A DNA stretch of 64,000 bases from IMG/VR virus record IMGVR_UViG_3300038412_000041, one strand, 5' to 3'. This DNA comes from a virus. Its lineage: Duplodnaviria; Heunggongvirae; Uroviricota; Caudoviricetes. The translations under genes and the position numbers were made by a program. This document shows positions 53,920-62,611 of the stretch, piece by piece (position 1 is the stretch's first letter; each line of letters starts with the position of its first letter). The notes beneath the pieces are model-generated. The model was given only the letters and a program-made list of their open reading frames with translations. It was not told the DNA's origin and made no database searches.

Positions 53920-55776
53920 ATGGCAACAAGAAGCTATTCTGAAAAAGATATATCCTACTTCAGTAACGATCTTGCAAAGATACGCAGTAAACCGTCAATG
54001 TATATAGGGCCAATCGACAGTGACGGAGTTTTTGGAATCTTCAGGGAGACTGCTGATAACTCTACAGACGAGTTTAGAGCAGGTAGAAACACGAAAATTT
54101 CCATATTCTATGACGGTGTTACAATAACAGTCTCGGATTTAGGTGTAGGTATTCCAGTAAAGAAACATCCTAAAGCCAAGATTAGCACACTAACTCACGT
54201 ATTAACCTCTCTTCAATCATCTGGCAAAATGAGTACTGGCGAAAATGGTGCCTACAGTGGTGCTATAGGTACACATGGTGTCGGTATCAAGGCATCAAAT
54301 GCTTTATCTTCAGATTTTAAAGTATGGACTTTTCGCAAAGATGCAGGCGGTTGGCATCACTCCGCATTCGCCAAAGGCAAAGAAGTGGTGAAGGTCTGCA
54401 AAAAGAATCCGCCAAAATTGCCAGACGGTACTCTACAAAAAACAGGCACGATAATTAGCTTTGTCCCAGACTCTTCTATCTTTACTGGAAAATTAAACTG
54501 GAAACAGGTAGTTGATTGGGCAAGCTTGACTTCGTATCTGAACCCAGGTCTTTCCATATATCTATGGATGAAAGGCAAATCAAAAACGTACTACAATAAA
54601 GACGGCATTGCCTCATTGATGAAAAAGAACATTGAGGAAATGAAAGCCGAAACTGTTGGACCTCCAATCATAGCCATGACGCCAGACCTCGATCTGGCGT
54701 TTGCATTTACTAACGGTCAGGAAACTATCGTTGATTGGTACACTAACACTGTGTACAATGCCTCAGGTGGTTTTCACGAGGATGCTTTTTACAAATCTTT
54801 AACAAAGTCTTTGAAACCATATCAAGGCAAGTACACGTTTACTTTATCAGCACTCAAAGCTGGTTTAGTAGGAATGCTCAATATTAGATTGAATGCTCCA
54901 AAGTTTTCCAGCCAGACAAAGGAAAAACTTGTTGACGAACGAGCTAAAGAACCTTTACAAGAAAAGCTTACATCAATCTTTGATGATTGGTGGAGTAAAC
55001 ATAAAAAGCAGGCAAGAGAAGTATGCGTTAGAGCGTTTGAGTATGGAAAGGCTTCAGCAGACTTCCGCAATAACGTGAAAGCTATGAGGCAGTTAAAAAG
55101 TAAGAGTAAGATATTGCTACCTGGTAAGTTAACTAGGGCAATGAATTGTACAGCAGCAGAACGCGAGTTATTTCTATTAGAAGGTGATTCTGCAAGTGGT
55201 TCATCAAAGTCGGCAAGATTTAGTGACTACCAAGAAGTACTAGCGTTGAAAGGCAAGATTCTTAATGCTTTGAGAGCTACACAGGCAGCAGTGTTAGCAT
55301 CGGCTGAAGTTGTTTCTATACTTCAAGCTATTGGATTTGATCCTAGTAAAAAGAATCCGATAGAACATTTGCGTATAGGCAGATTGATTTTGCTGTGTGA
55401 TGCTGATGCAGATGGAGGACACATCGAAAGTCTTGTGCTGGCTTTACTTTTCAAGTATCTTCCTGAGCTATTTGAAAACAAGATGGTTTATGCTGTGGCA
55501 GCAGCCGAGTTTACTGCTACGTATAAAGGCAAACGAATCTTTGGTCATTCTCTTAAAGAGTTGAAGAGCAAGGCAGATAACAATCTTCCAAAAGATACAT
55601 TACACTTGAAAGGGTGGGGAGAACTAGATGCAGAACCTCTAAGAGAGTTAGCTTTTGATAAAGCAACACGTCGTTTATATCGCATATTACCACCCAGCAA
55701 TGGTAAAGAGCGCAACGTCTTTACACTAATAATGGAAGAAGACCCGACTTACAGAAAAGAAATGCTTGGGGTATGA
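53920..55776 (+). CDS. type IIA DNA topoisomerase, ATPase/TOPRIM (GyrB/ParE-like) subunit
   Basis: IRSKPSMYIG, E..DNS.DE, GTHGVG, LEGDSASG, LKGKILN, DADADGGHI, HLKGWGE. Confidence 0.95.
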   Translation: MATRSYSEKDISYFSNDLAKIRSKPSMYIGPIDSDGVFGIFRETADNSTDEFRAGRNTKISIFYDGVTITVSDLGVGIPVKKHPKAKISTLTHVLTSLQSSGKMSTGENGAYSGAIGTHGVGIKASNALSSDFKVWTFRKDAGGWHHSAFAKGKEVVKVCKKNPPKLPDGTLQKTGTIISFVPDSSIFTGKLNWKQVVDWASLTSYLNPGLSIYLWMKGKSKTYYNKDGIASLMKKNIEEMKAETVGPPIIAMTPDLDLAFAFTNGQETIVDWYTNTVYNASGGFHEDAFYKSLTKSLKPYQGKYTFTLSALKAGLVGMLNIRLNAPKFSSQTKEKLVDERAKEPLQEKLTSIFDDWWSKHKKQAREVCVRAFEYGKASADFRNNVKAMRQLKSKSKILLPGKLTRAMNCTAAERELFLLEGDSASGSSKSARFSDYQEVLALKGKILNALRATQAAVLASAEVVSILQAIGFDPSKKNPIEHLRIGRLILLCDADADGGHIESLVLALLFKYLPELFENKMVYAVAAAEFTATYKGKRIFGHSLKELKSKADNNLPKDTLHLKGWGELDAEPLRELAFDKATRRLYRILPPSNGKERNVFTLIMEEDPTYRKEMLGV

Positions 55777-57272
55777 TAATGAATAAAGAAAAGATCAAAG
55801 AAGTAGGTCTATCGCAATTCGTAAAACGAGCTATGGTAAGGTACGGTCTGTCAGTTAACGAAGATCGCAGTCTACCTGAAATGATTGACGGTTTGAAACC
55901 TGTACAACGCAGAGTGTTGTGGGCTACGTACAAGATGAACTTGTCCAAGCCTGTAAAGACTGCACGTATCGTTGGTGATTGTATGGGTTATTATCATCCT
56001 CACGGAGATAAGAGTGTAAGTGATGCCATTGAAACGATGGTTAATCAACCGATGCCTACAATGCATGGTGAAGGTAATTGGGGTTCCATAGTCGGAGATT
56101 CTGCGGCTGCTGCACGTTATACTAATGCCAAGCTTTCAAAGTATGGCGAGACCTTCTTCGATAGTTATTATATGCCTGTGGTAGACTTTGTTCCAAACTA
56201 TGATGGGTCAGAGAAAGAACCTGTAGTTCTTCCAACAATGTTACCAAACTTGTTGTTGAACGGTGTATCAGGTATTGGAGTCGGAGTTACTTCAGACATA
56301 CCTGCTTATACTATTGGTTCAGTTATTTCCTTGTTGGAAACGATGCTGACCAGTGGTGAAGAGTGCTCGGCTAAACTATGCATGACGCATCTAAGGTTTA
56401 AAACAAAGTCAAATGCAGTAGTGCATATAAAAGAGCATAAGAAGGAACTGTTCAATTTCTATAAGACAGGTATCGGAGCTATAAAGTTTTCACCAAAACT
56501 CACAGTAGAAAACGGTCTTATAAAGATCACTGGTGTCGCACCATTTAAAGGTGTTGATAACTATGTATCAAAAATTATGGAGATAGGTGAGTGGAGCAAA
56601 GTATCTGCTTTCAACGACAAGACTAGACAGTGGGACCTTTGCTATTACGTTAAGCCTACCAAAGGTACCAAGATTGAAGAGTTACAAGAAGCAATTGAGA
56701 AACACTTGAGTTCCGTGAAACACTTCAAGATTAACGTTACTTCACGAAAACTATCAATGGATACTGGTTGGCCTGAAGTGTCCGTGTCTTTCAAAAAGTC
56801 TAGTGTGCCTGAACTCATAAACATGTGGATGGCATACAGAGTTAATCTTGAAATTAAGGCGACCAAGTATCAGCTAGGTGTGCTGCAAAAAGCTATCAGA
56901 AAGAATGAAGTGTTGAGGTTAGCGGTAAAGTTTAGAGACTTTATCATATCCTTAATCAAGAATGAAAAGCTAACAGAAGACGAGCTTAAAACAGAGTTGA
57001 TGCAGAAATTAAAGGTAGATCAAGCTGAAGCAGCAATGCTTTATGACCTTAAATGGCGTCAATTGCGATCATTAGAAGATGCTGCACTAGTCAATGCTTT
57101 GAAGAAGCAACGGTTGGAGGAAATTGCTTTCAATAAGCGTATAAAGAATCCTAATGCTGCAATTCTGGCAAGTCTACAAAAAATCAAAGGTGATATAAAT
57201 GAACGTGAAAGCACTGGCAATAAAACTGGCACACACAAAAGACCTGCAACGAGCAAAGCAAATTCTAAGTGA
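55773..57272 (+). CDS. type IIA DNA topoisomerase, breakage-reunion (GyrA/ParC-like) subunit
   Basis: DGLKPVQRRVLW, YYHPHGD, GNWGS, AAARYT (catalytic Tyr), LPNLLLNG..GIGVG. Confidence 0.95.
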   Translation: MIMNKEKIKEVGLSQFVKRAMVRYGLSVNEDRSLPEMIDGLKPVQRRVLWATYKMNLSKPVKTARIVGDCMGYYHPHGDKSVSDAIETMVNQPMPTMHGEGNWGSIVGDSAAAARYTNAKLSKYGETFFDSYYMPVVDFVPNYDGSEKEPVVLPTMLPNLLLNGVSGIGVGVTSDIPAYTIGSVISLLETMLTSGEECSAKLCMTHLRFKTKSNAVVHIKEHKKELFNFYKTGIGAIKFSPKLTVENGLIKITGVAPFKGVDNYVSKIMEIGEWSKVSAFNDKTRQWDLCYYVKPTKGTKIEELQEAIEKHLSSVKHFKINVTSRKLSMDTGWPEVSVSFKKSSVPELINMWMAYRVNLEIKATKYQLGVLQKAIRKNEVLRLAVKFRDFIISLIKNEKLTEDELKTELMQKLKVDQAEAAMLYDLKWRQLRSLEDAALVNALKKQRLEEIAFNKRIKNPNAAILASLQKIKGDINERESTGNKTGTHKRPATSKANSK

Positions 57273-57879
57273 TATCCTTGTAGCACTTCGAGATATTGAT
57301 AAAAATATAGGTGAAAATAAAGACGTGTTTGATACTAGTTTTAATCTAGTAACGTCTATCAAGAATGGCATTGATAGTGGAGACGTTTTGTTGTCAAGTC
57401 TTGAAGGTTACGGGAGACGAATTTACAAACTTGCTTCACAGATTGAAAAAGACCAAAAAGAGAAAACGCCGCGAAAGGAAGCCGACCTTTCAATACTTCT
57501 AGGCCACAAAGTACGGATAGAATCTCTGTCAAAAAAGGGGAAACCCTTCGCAGTAAAAATACCAATTGTCGTACTTTACGAAAAACGAACAAACCTATCC
57601 AGATTCATAGATGCAAAACTTAATGCCGAGTATTTAGGCCCATACGATCTGTATGGAGATTCATCAATTGTATTGCACGATCAGTCAATACTGTTTACAC
57701 CAGCTAGTGAAGGAGATACAATCAAAAAGATGACTAACGCTGAACCTGTTAGTCGAAAGCCTACGGATTATGGGATTGCTACTTGGTACATGCCTATAAA
57801 CAATTCTGAAGCTTTACATAGAGCCATAGCACCTAACGGGGTATGGCCTGATTGGGGTCTTTTAATTGGAAAGAAATAG
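57199..57879 (+). CDS. hypothetical protein
   Basis: 226 aa, overlaps the end of the topoisomerase A subunit. Confidence 0.62.
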   Translation: MNVKALAIKLAHTKDLQRAKQILSDILVALRDIDKNIGENKDVFDTSFNLVTSIKNGIDSGDVLLSSLEGYGRRIYKLASQIEKDQKEKTPRKEADLSILLGHKVRIESLSKKGKPFAVKIPIVVLYEKRTNLSRFIDAKLNAEYLGPYDLYGDSSIVLHDQSILFTPASEGDTIKKMTNAEPVSRKPTDYGIATWYMPINNSEALHRAIAPNGVWPDWGLLIGKK

Positions 57880-57880
57880 C

Positions 57881-57909
57881 TTGACACCTGCAAAGGACTC
57901 TGGTATAAT
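57881..57909 (+). promoter_or_regulatory. perfect consensus sigma70 promoter (extended -10)
   Basis: TTGACA-17 nt-TATAAT with TG upstream of the -10. Confidence 0.88.
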
Positions 57910-57930
57910 TACCAACTTGGAATATTTCTT

Positions 57931-58014
57931 ATGGCAGAAAACAAACGAACATGTTTAATCTGTCCTAAACAAAAGGGCTTACATAGTCATCACACAACTA
58001 TATATAAGTACTAA
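57931..58014 (+). pseudogene. orphaned 5' stub of an HNH endonuclease gene
   Basis: MAENKRTCLICPKQKGLHSHHTTIYKY* aligns with CYICGDKYGLHTHHI at the start of 58639-59037. Confidence 0.7.
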
Positions 58015-58027
58015 TAATTTTGCAGGA

Positions 58028-58642
58028 GTGTGTATATTGGTAAAACATCCTTTTATTCGTGGACATGTATTTGGTAGACTTACAACTATACATGAAAAAA
58101 GAATCAACGGACGTAGGTATTGGAAATGCCGTTGTTCATGCGGAAAGATTAAGTGGATAATTAGTGACAATTTGGTATCAGGACGACAGGTATCATGTGG
58201 TTGCTACAATGAAGAACTAAAAAAAGTTAGCAGCGTTACACACGGTCTAACTAATAAATGTCCTGAATACTATATATGGAAACACATGTGGCAACGATGT
58301 ACAAATCCTAATAACAATGCGTATAAAAATTACGGTGGTAGAGGCATATCTGTATGTAAAAGATGGAAAAACTTTGCAAACTTTTATGCAGATATGGGTA
58401 GCAGACCGTCAATCAAACATGAACTAGATAGAGAGAAAAATAATTTAGGATATAGTCCTAAAAACTGTCGTTGGGTTTTATCTGTAGTCCAAGCAAGAAA
58501 CAGACGAAATAATAGGTTAATTACATTAAATGGCAAGACGCTGACAGTAGCGGCTTGGAGTGAAATTTTTGGTATAAGTAGATACACAGTTTATAAGAGA
58601 CTAGATAGAGGATGGAATGTAGCAAGAGCTTTAACAACATGA
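58028..58642 (+). CDS. free-standing HNH-type homing endonuclease
   Basis: FGRLT, WKCRCSCG, SCGC, W..M.QRC.NPN, NYGGRGI.VC.RW, LDR..NN.GYSP.NCRW, Q..NRRNN. Confidence 0.85.
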   Translation: MCILVKHPFIRGHVFGRLTTIHEKRINGRRYWKCRCSCGKIKWIISDNLVSGRQVSCGCYNEELKKVSSVTHGLTNKCPEYYIWKHMWQRCTNPNNNAYKNYGGRGISVCKRWKNFANFYADMGSRPSIKHELDREKNNLGYSPKNCRWVLSVVQARNRRNNRLITLNGKTLTVAAWSEIFGISRYTVYKRLDRGWNVARALTT

Positions 58643-59037
58643 ACTGCTATATCTGTGGTGATAAGTATGGGTTACATACCCATCATATAATTCCACGCGC
58701 TTACGGAGGAACCAATGGCCCAACGGTTACCCTATGTGGTGGTTGTCATACATTAATTCATAGCATAGCCGTTCATAAAAATAAAGAAGAAAGAAATAGA
58801 ATGATGCAAGGTCATTCTGAAAGACAGAAAATAAAAATAATCGAGTTGGTAGACATTATACGGAGGGCTCGAATTTCATCACGCCAATTTAAAAGACCAA
58901 TGACATTGCAGTTAATCTTAGATGCTGAGACAGCAACTATGCTACGACAACTAAAGAGAATGTTGGGTGCAAAAAGTCTTAGCCAAGCTTTGTTTCGTTG
59001 TATCAGGAGTTCTTATGATAAAAATTCAAGAAGATAA
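58639..59037 (+). CDS. HNH endonuclease with C-terminal ribbon-helix-helix-like segment
   Basis: CYIC...HTHHIIPRAYGG.N...TLCGGCH. C-terminal LQLILD.ET..ML..LK....KSLSQAL. Confidence 0.8.
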   Translation: MNCYICGDKYGLHTHHIIPRAYGGTNGPTVTLCGGCHTLIHSIAVHKNKEERNRMMQGHSERQKIKIIELVDIIRRARISSRQFKRPMTLQLILDAETATMLRQLKRMLGAKSLSQALFRCIRSSYDKNSRR

Positions 59038-59812
59038 GAAGCCACGTAATCGCGTATCATTAGGAATGAAATGCGAGGACTGTATCCACTACTCTAAGGG
59101 TCCAAGAAAATATGAGAGATTGTGTTCTTCTCTAGGTGTAGAACCGTTTGCACCAGCTTGTCCTGAGTTTACACCTGATTTATTACAGTTAGCAGAAGCA
59201 GATATACAGAGCTTGGTAACTATAGCAGAATTGGCGAGTACCTTAACACAGCGACAAGTAAGACTTTTGGCTTTTACCTTTAGAAACATTGATTACATCA
59301 AAAAATCAAAGTTCGAGTTTGGACAAACCGTAGTGTTTTCTCTTGATGGAAAAGCTTACCTGGAAAACTATTTCCGAGGTACGGTGTTTGGCGCATCGAA
59401 AGATGGGAAGCTTTTGTACATCACCTCTAAGCTTGAAGATATGAATACTAAGAACTGCATGTTGTCCTTGTTAACATCAGACGTTTTATCAATGGACCAG
59501 TATTACGCTCTACGCGAAAAGCTTATCAAGAAAGGAAAGCTTCGAGCTCCTGCCAAGAAATATTCTGCAATGTGGTTGTTGAAGTTGTCTCCTGAAGAAA
59601 TCAAAAAGTTTTACGCTTCACTTGAGAAGGAACCAGACAAGTACGAACCACCAACATTAGACACAGTACCTGTACAATGGCTAGATTCGAGACAAGCGGG
59701 TACACTAAAACGTCGCAAGAAACCTGAAAAATATCAAGTAAAAGAACCATCAACAAACAAAGCAACAGATAAGTCAACTGACAAGTTCTCTGTAAATCGC
59801 TACGGGAGTTAA
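59015..59812 (+). CDS. hypothetical protein with Cys motif
   Basis: CEDCIHY...CS...AC. AGGAG RBS before the ATG at 59015. Confidence 0.7.
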   Translation: MIKIQEDKKPRNRVSLGMKCEDCIHYSKGPRKYERLCSSLGVEPFAPACPEFTPDLLQLAEADIQSLVTIAELASTLTQRQVRLLAFTFRNIDYIKKSKFEFGQTVVFSLDGKAYLENYFRGTVFGASKDGKLLYITSKLEDMNTKNCMLSLLTSDVLSMDQYYALREKLIKKGKLRAPAKKYSAMWLLKLSPEEIKKFYASLEKEPDKYEPPTLDTVPVQWLDSRQAGTLKRRKKPEKYQVKEPSTNKATDKSTDKFSVNRYGS

Positions 59813-59818
59813 TCTCTA

Positions 59819-60757
59819 ATGCTAATCTCGACATTACGCAAGCATCCTGAACTTGATACGATAAAGGATGCTGACCTGATTCGTTTATTTGGACTGTGGA
59901 TGTTTAGAGGTATAAGCAGCAAAGTGTTAGGAACAAGACTTGCAGCATTAGCAAAGACAAGGGTGGTGCTTCACCGTATCACCAATGATCTTTTGTCTAA
60001 AGACCTTCTTTCGCTAAAAGCTGCTATTCTTAATAATGATCTTCTAGATTTAGATAGAAAAGACAGGAGTCTGCTAAAAACAATCCCGTTTTCGTTACAG
60101 AAGCATATCAACAGGCTGCGCCGACAATATGGTTGTCCGTCAATAGAAGAAGCAAGAGAGGATTTGCGTATTTCTATTGACGCTACTGATTCTTGGTTGA
60201 AAAAGTTTACTTACAGGAAGCATAGATTCATCGAGAACAATCAACAAGTAGGTATAACGCTCACTGATATACGCTCAGAGTTGCGTTGTTGTGCAATAAC
60301 AGGTTATGCATTACAGTGGCCTTGTTTCAAAAGTAATCTTCACAAGATAAACACGTTGAAGCGTATCATGCATAATACTGGTATCAATCTAATAAAGCAG
60401 TACACTAGAACTAAGGTAAGTGGCACAATAGTTGACAAAGGTGTGGTTTCCGCAAGATTGGTGTCTATGGACTTTCTCAAGGAAGTGCAAGTTGAAGCTG
60501 GAAATGTTGAGTTGAACACTGACATTAAAAAGTTGGCGTCCAAATATAAAGGTACCAAGTTGCAAATGCTAAAGCTATTGATGGGAGAGTACATTCCTGA
60601 CTTTAGTGTTTGGTTAGGTACTGACAATGACTTGGCGTTTAATAAGTGGAAGTTTGACAGATACCTTGAAAAATGTGCAAAGTGGTTGAGAGTAAAGTTG
60701 GAAGCAGCAAGAAGGTTTGTGGATGATCTACGTTCACAATTATGGGCATACGCATAA
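59819..60757 (+). CDS. hypothetical protein
   Basis: 312 aa. Confidence 0.7.
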   Translation: MLISTLRKHPELDTIKDADLIRLFGLWMFRGISSKVLGTRLAALAKTRVVLHRITNDLLSKDLLSLKAAILNNDLLDLDRKDRSLLKTIPFSLQKHINRLRRQYGCPSIEEAREDLRISIDATDSWLKKFTYRKHRFIENNQQVGITLTDIRSELRCCAITGYALQWPCFKSNLHKINTLKRIMHNTGINLIKQYTRTKVSGTIVDKGVVSARLVSMDFLKEVQVEAGNVELNTDIKKLASKYKGTKLQMLKLLMGEYIPDFSVWLGTDNDLAFNKWKFDRYLEKCAKWLRVKLEAARRFVDDLRSQLWAYA

Positions 60758-60776
60758 CTTTTAACAGGAGACAGAA

Positions 60777-61097
60777 ATGAAAGTGTTATTAGGCATTATT
60801 GGTGGAGTGGTTGGACTTGCAGCCTTGATTTTCTTTTTAAACTTGGTTGGGTTCGCAAACTTTGCGTTCTTTAATCCTAAAATGGAAGCAGTTAGAAATG
60901 CCACGTTCAAACAATCTCAATCATACAACGATTCGATGATTCGTGACCTGTACAACCTAAAAATGCAATATGAACAAGCTACACCTGAACAAAAAGTAGG
61001 GCTACGGGCATTTATCTTGCACCAATTCTCCGTGTATCCAAAGGACTCACTTCCGGTTGATCTTGCTTCTTTCTATTCAACATTGACAGGTAACTAA
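60777..61097 (+). CDS. membrane-anchored hypothetical protein
   Basis: N-terminal transmembrane helix. Paired with the next lipoprotein gene. Confidence 0.7.
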   Translation: MKVLLGIIGGVVGLAALIFFLNLVGFANFAFFNPKMEAVRNATFKQSQSYNDSMIRDLYNLKMQYEQATPEQKVGLRAFILHQFSVYPKDSLPVDLASFYSTLTGN

Positions 61098-61100
61098 ATC

Positions 61101-61598
61101 ATGAAATACATACTCCTCGGATTTCTGTTGGTTGTCATCAGTCTTAGTGGTTGCAACTATCCTAAAAGCTCTACCAAAGTTGAGCAGGAAAGACAGGAAC
61201 AGATGACTTCCGCAGCCAACATGGTTGCTGGTATGCCTGCGATCACACACTTTACAGAGAAAAAGTTGCTGAAGACCTTGTTGGAGTTGCGTGATACTCC
61301 AAACTTGGCGACGTACTCCTACATCGTAGATATGGGTGGTCATACACACAAGTTATGTGATTCGATTGGGTTTGGACTTCCATACGCTACACAATACACA
61401 AATCCACAACAAGATACATATAACACCTCAAGTGGTTCAGTTCACGTAACTTTGCCACAAGCTGACCCTAATGGTTTGTATTCACCAGCTTCTGCTGAAG
61501 GTACTTGGATTATTTGTGTGGATAAAGAGAAGAAAACTCTTGCACCTACATATGTTGAGCCAAGAGTTATTGTGTCAACAATTCCTTTGAATCTTTGA
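61101..61598 (+). CDS. conserved phage lipoprotein
   Basis: Lipobox ISLSGC. SIGFGLPYATQYTNPQ and PQADPNGLYSP motifs. Confidence 0.75.
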   Translation: MKYILLGFLLVVISLSGCNYPKSSTKVEQERQEQMTSAANMVAGMPAITHFTEKKLLKTLLELRDTPNLATYSYIVDMGGHTHKLCDSIGFGLPYATQYTNPQQDTYNTSSGSVHVTLPQADPNGLYSPASAEGTWIICVDKEKKTLAPTYVEPRVIVSTIPLNL

Positions 61599-61861
61599 AA
61601 ATGTTAGAAAAAGGTGTGCTAAAGTATGTGATACTTGAGGTATCTCATAACAAAGCAAAAATCGGGATAATGTTTTCCAATGTATTGACGCACAGACACA
61701 TTGCAGAAGCCGCAAGAAAGGACATGCTGAAAGTATCTTGGTATTCAGATATCTATAGTGCAGGCTTTGTAAATTTGAGAGAAGCCAGATGTTTTGGTAT
61801 GTCGGAATCTCTAAACATTGGATCAAGAGAAGGGGATTTAGCGATACTACTAGGCGATTGA
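61595..61861 (+). CDS. hypothetical protein (paralog of 29915-30172)
   Basis: KYVI...MF...H......SAGFV....CFGMSESL. Confidence 0.68.
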   Translation: MKMLEKGVLKYVILEVSHNKAKIGIMFSNVLTHRHIAEAARKDMLKVSWYSDIYSAGFVNLREARCFGMSESLNIGSREGDLAILLGD

Positions 61862-61890
61862 AATAAAGGGCCTTAACTGGCCCTTTATTT
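61861..61890. terminator. bidirectional-type intrinsic terminator
   Basis: 12-bp perfect stem AAATAAAGGGCC/GGCCCTTTATTT. Confidence 0.82.
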
Positions 61891-61909
61891 CAAGTAAACA
61901 GGAGTTAAC

Positions 61910-62311
61910 ATGTTTATAAAAATGTGGGTCACAACCCTAATCAAAAATCTATTTAGGCCTAATAGCCTTGTCATATACTTAAAGAATTACAATAAAGAGG
62001 TTGTGAGCAGACACCGACTTATAAGTAAAGGCAAATCTAAAGCAACACGAAAAGACTATCAAGCATTGAAATCAGGATATGATAGCTTTTCAAAAATAAG
62101 GCTACCAGAGCTAGTTTCTGCTTGTGATCCAAATGTAGTAAATGAAATAAAGTTGCATCCTAAAATAAACGAAGACCGTAGCTTATTTGCGGTGGCACTT
62201 CGTTGGCATTTAAGAGGCTTACCGTTAGAAATGGCAATAGAAAAAGCTCTTGTAGACAAAGACACCAGTTCTATAGTATCGGAGAAAAGGAAACGAGCTA
62301 CTAAATTTTAG
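61910..62311 (+). CDS. hypothetical protein
   Basis: 133 aa, AGGAG RBS. Confidence 0.65.
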   Translation: MFIKMWVTTLIKNLFRPNSLVIYLKNYNKEVVSRHRLISKGKSKATRKDYQALKSGYDSFSKIRLPELVSACDPNVVNEIKLHPKINEDRSLFAVALRWHLRGLPLEMAIEKALVDKDTSSIVSEKRKRATKF

Positions 62312-62600
62312 CTTTTTCTTGTTCCTTAGTAGCCAGTTTCTTATCCAGGTTCTTTATGAACATTGCAAATATTTGCTTGTTGTTCCTGATAAAGTTTATG
62401 GTTTGAACCAGAGTCATACCGCTTACAGGTGCAGCATTCAAATAAGCCAAACCACCTACTAGAAAATGATGCACTACCGGATTCAGATCAGCCTCTTTGA
62501 AGCCTAAAACTTCTAGAGATTGCTCAATCTTTTTCAGAGGTTGCTTCTTGATGATAACCTGTTTCTGCGTATCATCGTCTGCGGTTTCAATATACTTCAT
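62301..62600 (-). CDS. hypothetical protein
   Basis: 99 aa, AAGGAG RBS, downstream of the ligase. Confidence 0.65.
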   Translation of the reverse strand: MKYIETADDDTQKQVIIKKQPLKKIEQSLEVLGFKEADLNPVVHHFLVGGLAYLNAAPVSGMTLVQTINFIRNNKQIFAMFIKNLDKKLATKEQEKAKI

Positions 62601-62611
62601 TTTGGCTCTCC

